The notes under the pieces are model-generated. The model ran no database searches and was not told where the DNA came from. It worked only from the letters and a program-made list of their open reading frames with translations. Positions 9,533 to 17,841 of a stretch of 64,000 bases of DNA are shown here, piece by piece. The stretch comes from Planctomycetota bacterium (GTDB lineage: Bacteria > Planctomycetota > PLA2): NCBI GenBank assembly GCA_021776785.1, contig JAJFFF010000001.1, positions 187,129 to 251,128 of the forward strand, given 5' to 3'. The position numbers and the translations under genes are program-made. Numbering within the stretch: position 1 is the first letter of the stretch; each line of letters opens with the position of its first letter.

Positions 9533-10636
9533 GTGGCGTTCCAAACTTGCCCTCGCTGTCGCGCGTTGCTCACGCCGGGCACCAAAGTCTGCCCCTACTG
9601 CGAGACGGATCAGGGTGCGGCGCTCGCGCCGACGCCGCAAGCGGACGCGCACAAGACCATGACGCTGGCGATGGGGGTCATCGGCGTCTGCGTGTTTTTG
9701 TACTTCGCCATGGTCGCCCTCGAACCCGAGCCGACCCGTGCCGAGGGAATGCAACAACCGTCGCCCGAGGCCGTTCGTATTTTCGGCCTCTACGACTCCA
9801 GCATGGCGCGCGGCTGCGGCCAATGGTGGCGCATGTTCACCGCCATGTTCCTTCACCTAAGCCTTATGCACCTGCTGATGAACATGGTGGCGATGTACAT
9901 CCTCGCGCCGATCGCGGCGCAGACGTTTGGGGCGGCGCGCGCGGTCGTGATCTACCTGGTCGCCGGCGCCGTTGTGGGGCTCGTGAACCACATGTACGGC
10001 CAAAACTGGGCGGGCGCGTCCGGCGCGATCGGCGGCCTCATCGGCGCGTGTGCCATGTACGGACACCGGCGCGGTCTGTTGGAACTCAAGCAGCGGATGA
10101 TGATGTGGATCGTGATCATCTTCGCGTTCGGCATGTTTTTCGAAAACGTCGATCACTTGGGCCACTTCGTCGGCATCACCGTCGGTGTCGGCATCGGGTA
10201 TGCCGCGTCCAACGTTCGTGCGCGGGGCAGCCGCCGTGACCGATTGTGGCACAGCAGTGCGTTGGCTTTGACGGTTGGAGTGGTCGCCATCGGCGCCGTG
10301 TATCTCGTGCCCAGCGTGTGGCGCGGCACGCAGTACGGAGCTGTCGGTCGCTACCAAGCCGAGTCCGAGCGCGTGTTTCGCCTCGCGAAGACCGCCATCC
10401 GAAATCCAGCCGGGAACAAGAAGGACGCGGCGCCGTTCGATGACGAGTCCGTCAAAGATTCACCGCGCGGCGCGGATGAGTTGCGCGACGCGCTCTTAGA
10501 CCTGATCGCGCGTGTGCGCGCGGACGCCGGCGCGCGCGACACGCTTACAGCGTGGACGAAAGCCGACGCGCTCTTCCGCACCTGGCGCAATACGTTGTTT
10601 TGCCAGTACTGCTATCGAAAGAACAAAGGCTCATGA
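9533..10636 (+). CDS. rhomboid family intramembrane serine protease with N-terminal Zn-ribbon
   Basis: N-terminal CPRC...CPYC. Multi-TM core with the catalytic GASGAIGGLIG motif (Gx-S-G) and a downstream His (MYGH). Confidence 0.8.
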   Translation: MAFQTCPRCRALLTPGTKVCPYCETDQGAALAPTPQADAHKTMTLAMGVIGVCVFLYFAMVALEPEPTRAEGMQQPSPEAVRIFGLYDSSMARGCGQWWRMFTAMFLHLSLMHLLMNMVAMYILAPIAAQTFGAARAVVIYLVAGAVVGLVNHMYGQNWAGASGAIGGLIGACAMYGHRRGLLELKQRMMMWIVIIFAFGMFFENVDHLGHFVGITVGVGIGYAASNVRARGSRRDRLWHSSALALTVGVVAIGAVYLVPSVWRGTQYGAVGRYQAESERVFRLAKTAIRNPAGNKKDAAPFDDESVKDSPRGADELRDALLDLIARVRADAGARDTLTAWTKADALFRTWRNTLFCQYCYRKNKGS

Positions 10637-10992
10637 ACGACCGCCCTATCTACGATTTCAACTCTTGGTTGGGCCTCAAGCTCAACGACGACGGGGTGAC
10701 CGTGGAACTCGACGCCCGCGCTCCGGAGCACCAAATCGGTAATGGCATGGTCCATTTGGGGGTCATAACGACCCTGGGAGAGGTCGCGGCCGCCCATGCG
10801 GCGGGCGTCGCCGTCATTCCGACCGCGGTGACCGCGAATCTTTTACGGCCCGCCGGAATCGGCCGTTTAACCGCAAAAGGCGAGGTTTTGAGCCGTGGCA
10901 AGCGACTTTGCACCGCCGAAGGCCGCGTCGAGGCCGGCGGAAAACTCGTCGCAAAGGTCACGGTCACCTTTGTTGTCGTGCCTTCGGCATGA
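10633..10992 (+). CDS. PaaI/4HBT hotdog-fold thioesterase
   Basis: MNDRPIYDFNSWLGLKL...MVHLGVITTLGEVAAAHA... is typical of PaaI-type thioesterases. The ATG at 10633 overlaps the rhomboid stop as ATGA. The track ORF starts earlier, at 10552. Confidence 0.75.
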   Translation: MNDRPIYDFNSWLGLKLNDDGVTVELDARAPEHQIGNGMVHLGVITTLGEVAAAHAAGVAVIPTAVTANLLRPAGIGRLTAKGEVLSRGKRLCTAEGRVEAGGKLVAKVTVTFVVVPSA

Positions 10993-11087
10993 ACTTCGCA
11001 AAACCCCAGTCGATCTGGCCGTATAGCGGGATAGAATCCCCCCGGGCCCAGATCATCCGGGTCTTACCCACCTAGAAAGGAATTTCC

Positions 11088-12155
11088 ATGCGTATCGGAC
11101 TGCGGATGGCGGTCGCCGCCCTTGCGGGCGCACTAGCCCTGTCCACATCAGGTTACGCCCAGTCGCTCGAGGACAAGCTCGAGAAGAAATTGGCGAAAGA
11201 CTTCGTCAAGAACGCGACCTGGGAACTCGACCTCGAAACGGCCAAGAAGAAATCAAAGGAGTCGGGCAAGCCGATCTTCGCGTACTTCACACGTTCGTAC
11301 GCGCCATGACCCCCTTGCAATGCGCTTGAGGGCGGTGCCCTCAACTCCGAAGATTTTAAGAAGTTTTCCAGCAACGTCGTGCTCTACCTGAACATCATGA
11401 CGCGGATTGAAGGCCGCAAAGATGATGCTCTGCTGAGTGAGCTCGCCGATCGTGTCGCCTTCCCCACCATGATGTGGCTCGGCGATGACGGTAAGCGCCT
11501 CGCCGGCCAGTCCGGCCGCGCCGTCGCTGATTTCGAAACGACGGCTGGTCTCCTCACCAAGCGTGCGGAACTGGTCAAAAAAGTTGCCGCTGGCGACAAG
11601 GACGCGAAGACCGAGTTGATGTTCCTCGAGTGCGATCTCGGCATCATCGACTTCGACACGCTCGAAGAGGGCGTGGATGTTTCCAAGCTCACTGCCAAGC
11701 AAAAAGAAACGTTCCAGCGCATGCGCGTCGATGCTGAAATCGACGACCTGCTGGCGATCGTAAGCGCGCGTCACAAGAGCCGCGAGGCTTATGAGACGGC
11801 CGTTCGCACGGCGGGCAAAGAGTTCGCGGCGATGGCGGCCAAGGGCGTCAAGCCGTCGAACAAGAACAAGCGGTTGCAGTACTTCCAGGCGATCTTTAGC
11901 TACGGCATGATCACAAAGGATGCTACGACGGCGACCGTTGGCTTGGACGGGCTCGAAGCCGGTCTTAAGGACAACGAACGCGCGATGACCTGGATTAACA
12001 AACAGCGTCAGGTCTTAAAAGACATGGCCGCCGATGCCGCCGATGAGGCGTGCGGGGATGGCTGTGAAGGTTGCGGCGAAGGCTGCGGCGAAGGTTGCGG
12101 CGAAGGTTGCGGCGACGGTTGCGGCGACGGTTGCGGCGACGGCTGCGGCGGATAG
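11088..12155 (+). CDS. candidate selenoprotein: periplasmic thioredoxin-fold (Thioredoxin_7-like) protein with U-P-P-C redox motif (in-frame TGA at 11307-11309) and C-terminal (GCGD/E)n Cys-rich tail
   Basis: Track ORFs 11088..11309 and 11379..12155 are in the same frame. They are separated only by the TGA at 11307-11309, with 23 stop-free codons between them. Read-through gives ...KPIFAYFTRSYAP-U-PPCNALEGG..., with Sec at the first Cys position of a WCxxC-type motif. A downstream Trx-fold continues (AFPTMMWLGDDGKRL). An 8-bp hairpin with a GGU apical loop lies 17-35 nt after the UGA. There is a signal peptide, and an SD (aaggaa) before the ATG. Confidence 0.6.
12055..12152 (+). repeat. tandem 12-nt coding repeat (ggYtgcggcgaM) x8 encoding GCGE/GCGD units
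   Basis: Direct tandem copies are visible in the sequence. They translate to CGDGCEGCGEGCGEGCGEGCGDGCGDGCGDGCGG at the C-terminus of the Trx-like gene. Confidence 0.85.
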
Positions 12156-12176
12156 CTCAACAGATACGTAAGTACA

Positions 12177-12212
12177 ACCCCGGAGCGTTGCGGCGCTTCG
12201 GGGTTTTTTCGT
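12177..12212 (+). terminator. rho-independent terminator
   Basis: ccccggagcg-ttg-cggcgcttcgggg hairpin (one G-U pair) followed by ttttttc, 20 nt after the stop at 12155. Confidence 0.65.
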
Positions 12213-12286
12213 CTTTGCGGTGGGGCGGACGCAGCAGCCCCCTTGCCGACGGAACTGCGGGCGGTCTTGCCGTGGGATGCCGGCGC

Positions 12287-12562
12287 CTACGAGAACTCGT
12301 GACGTTCTTTGTCGCCTTGGGCGATCGCGTCGCGGTAGTCCTGGCGCCGCTGCGCATACGCGGCCGCGGACTCCTTCAACTGAAATCCGTCGGGGTCTTC
12401 CCAGATGCGCGTGAGGATGGGAACGCACCATCCGCACCCGGTACCCGCATCGAGGCACTGACTCAGGAGCGAGGCGCGGACAGGACGTTCGCGCCGCGCG
12501 TAGTTCACAAGCTTGCGCAACGAAACGCGGTAGCAGTAACAGACGTTTTCGTCCGGGCCCAT
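12287..12562 (-). CDS. bfd: BFD-like [2Fe-2S]-binding domain protein (bacterioferritin-associated ferredoxin-like)
   Basis: VCYCYRVSLRKLVNYARRERPVRASLLSQCLDAGTGCGWCVP matches the C-x-C...C-xx-C BFD-like fold. 91 aa. Confidence 0.7.
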   Translation of the reverse strand: MGPDENVCYCYRVSLRKLVNYARRERPVRASLLSQCLDAGTGCGWCVPILTRIWEDPDGFQLKESAAAYAQRRQDYRDAIAQGDKERHEFS

Positions 12563-12594
12563 GGTGTCAGCCTACCGCATCCCGGTTCCGGTCG

Positions 12595-13347
12595 TTACTT
12601 GGTATCGTCCTTCTTCTTGCGCTTGCGGCGTTCGCGATTCTTGTCTTTGCGTGCTTGCTTTTCTTTGCGGTCGTTTGCTTTGGCCAAGCGCTTGTCGGCC
12701 GCGACGATCGGATTAAACGTCTTTTCGTTTTCGCGCCACCAGGCCAGCCACCCGTCCACGCCGCCCTTGACGTTTTCTTGGGTGGCGTAACGCAGCGCGC
12801 GTTGTGATGCGCCGTGGCGCCAGTTCGCGCGCTTGCCGGCCTTCAGAAACTTCAACAACTCGTCGATCACTTTTTTCGACGGGATGTTCGCCGCCGCTTG
12901 CAGGCGCGCTTCGCTGATTTCTTGGTCCGATGTCGTTTTGATGTTTGCGAGCAACGGCTTCAGCCCCGCCGGGTCGGCGAGGTCGTGCATCGCCTCCACG
13001 AGTTTTAAGCACTCCGGTTTCGACTCTTTCTTTTTCGTGAGCGCGGGAATGCGTTTGCCCATGGCGATCGCAGCCTTCTTGCGATCGGTCTTGCCCGTGC
13101 GCAGCGCCAACGATTCGGCGACCAGCTCGCGCACCGCTTGGTGTTTGTCGGTGAGCGCTTTGATCAACGCGGCCGTGACTTCCTTCTCTTGGACGGTGGC
13201 CGCTTCGCGCGCGCCTTCCAGGCGGATGTTGACTTCTTTGCTGGCGAGCTTTTGCACGGCCGAATCGCGCGGGGAGAAACCCTCCTCCTCGCCGAAGACG
13301 ATCGAAGTCAGGAACGCGACGAAAGCGAGGGAGAACAGCGTACGCAT
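12595..13347 (-). CDS. secreted HEAT/ARM-like repeat protein with Lys/Arg-rich C-terminus
   Basis: Internal ATG at 13347 (MRTLFSLAFVAFLTSIVFG, signal peptide). Repetitive helical A/L/K-rich units follow. The track ORF extends upstream into iscS. Confidence 0.55.
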   Translation of the reverse strand: MRTLFSLAFVAFLTSIVFGEEEGFSPRDSAVQKLASKEVNIRLEGAREAATVQEKEVTAALIKALTDKHQAVRELVAESLALRTGKTDRKKAAIAMGKRIPALTKKKESKPECLKLVEAMHDLADPAGLKPLLANIKTTSDQEISEARLQAAANIPSKKVIDELLKFLKAGKRANWRHGASQRALRYATQENVKGGVDGWLAWWRENEKTFNPIVAADKRLAKANDRKEKQARKDKNRERRKRKKKDDTK

Positions 13348-13408
13348 ACCTACTGAACTCGGATCGGCCGCCAAGGTTTCGGTAGCCGGCGACTCGAACG
13401 GGGGCGCT

Positions 13409-14581
13409 TCAGCGGCGCAGTTGGCGGGCGGCCGCGATGACAAGGTCCGCCGCCGTGGCGATCTCGGTCTCCGTCGTGAATCGGCCCAGGCCGAAGCGGA
13501 GCGAAGATCCGGCGCGGCTGGGGTTTACTCCCATCGCCGCCATGACGTGCGACATCGAAAGCTGGCCCGAGGCGCAGGCCGCCCCGCTCGAAATGGCGAT
13601 CTCGGGGACGGCCATCATGAGCGCTGTGTTTTCCACGCCAGGGATCGAGATGTTGAGGTTGCCCGGGAGCCGACCGTCGGGGTCACCGTTTTCTAATAGA
13701 TCGGGAATCCCGTCCTGGAGCCGGTCGCGCAGACGGTCGCGCAGGCTCGACACGCGGGCGGTCTCCTCGTCCATTTCGAGGCGGCACAGCTCGCACGCCA
13801 TCCCGAGTCCCACGATGCCGGGCACGTTCAGCGTACCCGCGCGCATGCCGCGCTCTTGGCTGCCGCCGAAGTTTTGCGCGACCAGGCGGACGGCCGGGTT
13901 GCGGCGTCGCACGTACAGCGCGCCCGCCCCTTGAGGTCCGTGAATCTTGTGCGCGGTGAGCGAGGCGAGATGGATGGTATCGGTGATCACGTTGAGGGGT
14001 AAACGTCCCACGCCCTGTGTGGCGTCCGAGTGGAGCCAGGCGCCGCACGCTTCCGCGATCGCGCCCAACTCGCGCACCGGTTGCGTCGTCCCGATTTCGT
14101 TGTTCGCCACCATCACCGACAGGAGTGCTGTCTTTTCGTCGGCGGCTGCGCGCGCGGCGTCCACCGAAACGCGTCCGAGAGAATCGACGGGCAAGACGGT
14201 GACCCGGACGCCCGCGGCTCGCAGCGACTCGACCGTGTCGAGCACGGCGGGGTGTTCAATCGGCGACGTGATGATGTGGTCGCGGACATCGCGGCGCGCG
14301 GCGACCGCCCCGCGAATCGCCAGGTTGTTGGATTCGGTCGCGCCCGAGGTGAACACGATTTCCCGGGATTCGGCGCCCAACAGTTGGGCGACCTGCTCGC
14401 GAGCGCGCTCGACGGCTTTTTCCGCATCCCAGCCAAAAACATGCGACCGGCTGGACGCATTGCCGAATTTCTCGCGAAAGTACGGCAGCATCGCGTCGAG
14501 CACCCGGGGGTCCACGGGCGTTGTGGCGTGATTGTCCAGATAGATCGGCATCGGATCGGGGCAGGGGGCGCGGTCGCTCAT
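13409..14581 (-). CDS. iscS: class I cysteine desulfurase (IscS/NifS family, PLP-dependent)
   Basis: IYLDNHATTPVDPRVLDAMLPYF, FTSGATESNNLAIRG and SLTAHKIHGPQGAGALYVRR (PLP lysine motif) are all present. It is divergent from the A-type Fe-S carrier gene. Confidence 0.9.
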   Translation of the reverse strand: MSDRAPCPDPMPIYLDNHATTPVDPRVLDAMLPYFREKFGNASSRSHVFGWDAEKAVERAREQVAQLLGAESREIVFTSGATESNNLAIRGAVAARRDVRDHIITSPIEHPAVLDTVESLRAAGVRVTVLPVDSLGRVSVDAARAAADEKTALLSVMVANNEIGTTQPVRELGAIAEACGAWLHSDATQGVGRLPLNVITDTIHLASLTAHKIHGPQGAGALYVRRRNPAVRLVAQNFGGSQERGMRAGTLNVPGIVGLGMACELCRLEMDEETARVSSLRDRLRDRLQDGIPDLLENGDPDGRLPGNLNISIPGVENTALMMAVPEIAISSGAACASGQLSMSHVMAAMGVNPSRAGSSLRFGLGRFTTETEIATAADLVIAAARQLRR

Positions 14582-14716
14582 TCCCTGGCTCGTCGGATGG
14601 TATCATTGGTGCACAAGAGGCCCGCGCGCCTCTAACTCGTGTTGTTCCAAAGACTTATCGAATCTACAGATTAGGATCGGTTGGCGGAGCGGCCAGGATC
14701 GGAGTCGGAGAGCATT

Positions 14717-15052
14717 ATGCCGAGCATCAGCATCACCGAAAAAGCGGCCGTCAAAGGCAAGGAACTGATCACGTCCCAGGCAGAAGGGATGGAGCAGCCG
14801 GGTCTGCGGGTGCGCGTCATCGGCGGCGGCTGCTCCGGCATGATGTATCAGATGGAGTTCGCCGACGGCCAAGCTGAAGGCGACGAAACGATGGAGCGCG
14901 ACGGCTTTCGGGTCTACATCGACAAGAAGTCGCTCTTTTTCCTCAACGGAAGCGAACTCGACTATCTCGAGGGCCTAACCGGAGCAGGGTTCAAATTCAA
15001 AAACCCCAACGCCACCGGCACCTGCGGCTGCGGCGAATCGTTTAGCGCCTAA
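14717..15052 (+). CDS. A-type iron-sulfur cluster carrier (IscA/ErpA/HesB family)
   Basis: MPSISITEKAAVKGKELI... ends in the conserved C-terminal CGCGESF. It is divergent from the cysteine desulfurase. The track ORF starts at TTG 14681, but the ATG at 14717 fits family N-termini. Confidence 0.8.
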   Translation: MPSISITEKAAVKGKELITSQAEGMEQPGLRVRVIGGGCSGMMYQMEFADGQAEGDETMERDGFRVYIDKKSLFFLNGSELDYLEGLTGAGFKFKNPNATGTCGCGESFSA

Positions 15053-15054
15053 AC

Positions 15055-15553
15055 CAACACCAACGGAACCAGCGGTCGGCGGACCCAGCGCGACGACCGC
15101 CTCAGCGATAAAGCCACCAGCATCCGCGGAGCGCGAGACACGCGCAGCAAGCGTGAGCGGCATTTGCGAACAACCCCAACCGCAAATCGATCGCATTCCT
15201 CTAGCCACTCAACGGCGTCAGCCGGTGAGGAATAAACACAGAACGGCGTCAGCCGGTGAGGAATAAACACTTGCGAACGACCCCAATCACGAAGCGATTG
15301 CGGTCCTCTACCCGCTTCACCGGCGTCAGCCGGTGAGCCATAAACACAGACCGGCGTCAGCCGGTGAGCCATAAACACAGACCGGCGTCAGCCGGTGAGC
15401 CATAAACACTTGCGAACGACCCCAATCGCGAAGCGGTTGCGGTCCTCTACCCGCTTCACCGGCGTCAGCCGGTGAGCCATAAACACAGAACGGCGTCAGC
15501 CGGTGAGCCATAAACATTTGCGGAGGACCCCAATCGCGAAGCGATTGCGGTCC
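15055..15553. repeat. compound REP/BIME-like intergenic repeat array
   Basis: About 7 copies of a 26-27-nt near-palindromic unit (ggcgtcagccggtgagccataaacac), mostly separated by 5-nt linkers. They are interleaved with 3-4 copies of a 51-nt unit (ttgcgaacgaccccaatcgcgaagcgattgcggtcctctacccgcttcacc) containing a CAATCGC-GAA-GCGATTG hairpin. The last copy forms a long GAGGACC..GGTCCTC hairpin abutting the stop of the minus-strand nuoB paralog. It lies between convergent genes. Confidence 0.85.
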
Positions 15554-16084
15554 TCACGCAACAGCGTCTTTGACCTGATCGAGGATCTCTTCGGCGTTTT
15601 TTTCGCCGCTGATCTGGTCTTGGAGCGTCATCAGCGCTTTGAGCACCGCTTCGGGGCGCGGCGGGCAACCGGAGATGTAGAGATCGACGGGGACGACCTC
15701 ATCGATGCCCTGGACCACCGGATACGACCGGAACATGCCGCCACTGCTTGCGCACGCGCCCATAGCGATCACCCATTTGGGCTCCGCCATCTGGTCGTAC
15801 ACGCGGCGCATGACGTCCGCCATCTTGTAGGTGAGCGTGCCGGCCACGACCATCACGTCGGCTTGCCGCGGGCTAAACCGGGCCACTTCGGCGCCGAATC
15901 GCGCCATGTCGAAGCGCGAACACGCGACGGCCATGAATTCGATGGCGCAACAGCTCAGGCCCATCGGCAGCGGCCAAAGTGAGTTCTTGCGGCTCCAGTT
16001 GACCAGCGCATCCAGGCGCGAAACGAAGAACCCGCCCTCGGTCTGCTGGTCGGGGGCATGGACATCGACGGTGGCTTTGCTCAT
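15554..16084 (-). CDS. nuoB: NADH-quinone oxidoreductase subunit B paralog (NuoB/NQO6, 20-kDa Fe-S subunit), monocistronic and head-to-head with nuoA
   Basis: [23 protein letters not shown]..., [14 protein letters not shown] and [13 protein letters not shown] are the N2 cluster ligand motifs. It is highly similar to the NuoB encoded at 16750. Confidence 0.85.
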   Translation of the reverse strand: MSKATVDVHAPDQQTEGGFFVSRLDALVNWSRKNSLWPLPMGLSCCAIEFMAVACSRFDMARFGAEVARFSPRQADVMVVAGTLTYKMADVMRRVYDQMAEPKWVIAMGACASSGGMFRSYPVVQGIDEVVPVDLYISGCPPRPEAVLKALMTLQDQISGEKNAEEILDQVKDAVA

Positions 16085-16252
16085 GACGTGGTCAGTATAT
16101 CCTTTGGACCAAACGAGGTCGCGGCAAAGGGCGAACTACAGCCCGGGAAACCGCTCTTTGAGCGGGCATATCTGGAGAGCGGGGAGGCCCGATGGCATAA
16201 TCCCGCGCTCTGGGGCCTAGGGTCCCGTTTTGCCCCTCTCAACCACCCAAAA

Positions 16253-16750
16253 ATGCTCACGGCCTCGACACTATTCCAGGGGTTCGGGAACGTTCTCGTC
16301 TTCGGCGCGTTCGGAGCGATTTTCGTTTGGCTCAACCTCTTCGTCATCGGCAAGCTCCTTTTACGGCGCCCCGAGGCGCCCGACCAAGGCGACAAACGCA
16401 CCACCTATGAGTGCGGCGAACCGACGATTGGCGACGCGTGGATTCGGTTTGATATCCGCTTCTACACGATCAGCTTGATCTTTTTGATCTTCGACATCGA
16501 AGTCGCGTTGCTGTTTCCGTGGGCTGTGGTCTACGACGAATTCATCGCGGCCGGTCACGGCCTTGCGGCGTTTGTCGAGGTCTTGGTGTTTCTCGTCGTG
16601 CTCGGCGTCGGCCTCGCCTATGTCTGGGTGCGGCGCGACATCGAGTGGACGAGCACGCGCCCTGGACGCGCGGTGTCTGAAGAGACGCTCGAAGGCGGCG
16701 TTGTGCGGGAGCCGCCAGTGGCGGCGAGCCCGACGGAGGAAGTGTCGTAA
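16253..16750 (+). CDS. nuoA: NADH-quinone oxidoreductase subunit A
   Basis: [28 protein letters not shown]...[41 protein letters not shown] is the canonical NuoA/ND3 sequence. The internal ATG at 16253 is preferred over the track start at 16058. There is a 40-aa acidic/Pro C-terminal extension. Confidence 0.85.
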   Translation: MLTASTLFQGFGNVLVFGAFGAIFVWLNLFVIGKLLLRRPEAPDQGDKRTTYECGEPTIGDAWIRFDIRFYTISLIFLIFDIEVALLFPWAVVYDEFIAAGHGLAAFVEVLVFLVVLGVGLAYVWVRRDIEWTSTRPGRAVSEETLEGGVVREPPVAASPTEEVS

Positions 16751-17841
16751 TGGCCGATCCCAAGACCATTCGTCCCGACACGGCGCGGCCTGGACGCCCG
16801 GCATACATGCCGCCGCCGGAGCGCTTCGATCCCGAGCTCGAACAGACGATTCTGCTCACCAAAGCGGAGTGGTTAATCGACTGGGGACGCAAGTCCGCAC
16901 TCTGGCCGTTGGGTTTTGGTCTCGCTTGCTGCGCGATCGAGATGATCTCGACGGCGATGGTGAAGTACGACATCTCGCGTTTTGGCGCGGAGGTGTTTCG
17001 CGCGACGCCGCGCCAAGCCGACGTGATGATCGTGGCCGGCACCGTGACGCACAAAATGGCGCCGCGCGTGCGTCGCCTTTGGGATCAGATGTCGAAGCCC
17101 AAGTGGGTGATCGCGATGGGTGCTTGCACCGTCGGCGGTGGCCCCTACTTCGTGCATGGCTATCACGTCGTGAAGGGCGTCGATAAGGTCGTGCCCGTCG
17201 ACATCTACTTGCCGGGTTGCCCGCCTCGCCCCGAAGCGTTGCTGGAAGCGGTCATGCGGTTGCAGGAACTCGTCACGTCGCGTTCCAAGCGTCTTAACGA
17301 TCAGGATCCCGACTACACGCCGCCCGAAAAGGGTTCGGTGCAAGCGGTGATGGATGGTTTGAGTCCGGCCGAGCCGTGGCTCACCGACGAGGCGAAGGTC
17401 CACAACGCCAAGAAGCAAGCGGCTGAAGAAGCGGCGGCCAAGAAGAAGGCGGAGGCTGCCGCTGCGAAGAAGGCGGCCGCGGAAGCCAAGAAGAAAGCCG
17501 CAGAAGAAGCCGCCGCGAAAGAAGCGGCGGAGCCCAAAGCCGATGCGCCCAAGGCGGAGCCGAAAGCCGACGCGCCCAAGGCGGAGCCGAAGGCCGACGC
17601 GCCCAAGGCGGAGCCGAAAGCCGACGCGCCCAAGGCGGAGCCGAAGGCCGAAACGCCCAAGGCGGAGCCGAAGGCCGAAACGCCCAAGGCGGAGCCGAAG
17701 GCCGAAGACGCGAAGCCTGCTGCTAAGCCGGACGCGCCCAAAGCGGACGCGCCGAAGCCGGACGCGGCTCCCAAGGATGCGCCCCAAAAAGAGGATCCCA
17801 AGAGCGGCGATCCCAAGAGTGGCGATGGGGGTGACGCATGA
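16750..17841 (+). CDS. nuoB: NADH-quinone oxidoreductase subunit B with ~180-aa Ala/Lys/Pro/Glu low-complexity C-terminal extension
   Basis: The NuoB core ([49 protein letters not shown]) is followed by (AEPKADAPK)n repeats. The start overlaps the nuoA stop. Confidence 0.9.
   Translation: MADPKTIRPDTARPGRPAYMPPPERFDPELEQTILLTKAEWLIDWGRKSALWPLGFGLACCAIEMISTAMVKYDISRFGAEVFRATPRQADVMIVAGTVTHKMAPRVRRLWDQMSKPKWVIAMGACTVGGGPYFVHGYHVVKGVDKVVPVDIYLPGCPPRPEALLEAVMRLQELVTSRSKRLNDQDPDYTPPEKGSVQAVMDGLSPAEPWLTDEAKVHNAKKQAAEEAAAKKKAEAAAAKKAAAEAKKKAAEEAAAKEAAEPKADAPKAEPKADAPKAEPKADAPKAEPKADAPKAEPKAETPKAEPKAETPKAEPKAEDAKPAAKPDAPKADAPKPDAAPKDAPQKEDPKSGDPKSGDGGDA
17534..17710 (+). repeat. tandem 27-nt coding repeat (~6.5 copies) encoding KAEPKADAP units
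   Basis: The unit gccgaYgcgcccaaggcggagccgaaR recurs directly in the sequence. The antisense ORFs in the track (GRFGLRLRL...) are artefacts of this repeat. Confidence 0.85.

Noticed and set aside
11307-11309. Alternative reading of the in-frame TGAs (here and at 52145-52147) as pseudogenising nonsense mutations or sequencing errors
   Set aside because: Both stops fall exactly on the first redox Cys of a thioredoxin-fold CxxC motif. Both are followed by hairpins, and both leave otherwise intact frames. Two such coincidences are unlikely. The possibility is still recorded as what would refute the selenoprotein findings.
12015-12790. ORFs 12071..12790 (+, MRRRLRRRL...) and 12015..12458 (-)
   Set aside because: These are frame-shifted or antisense readings of the GCGE/GCGD 12-nt repeat and the downstream terminator region. 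The poly-Arg and poly-Ala runs are artefactual.
15055-15553. Possible CRISPR array, because of regularly spaced ~27-nt direct repeats
   Set aside because: The repeats are separated by only ~5 nt (a few copies by a 51-nt spacer that is itself repeated), not by unique 30-40-nt spacers. The units are near-palindromic in a REP-like way. There are no cas genes nearby. It was classified as a REP/BIME-like array instead.
15049-15668. Three small minus-strand ORFs (MFMAHRLTPVCVYGSPADAG..., etc.) inside the repeat array
   Set aside because: Their near-identical sequences are just translations of the tandem repeat units. There is no RBS and they read through hairpins. Artefacts.
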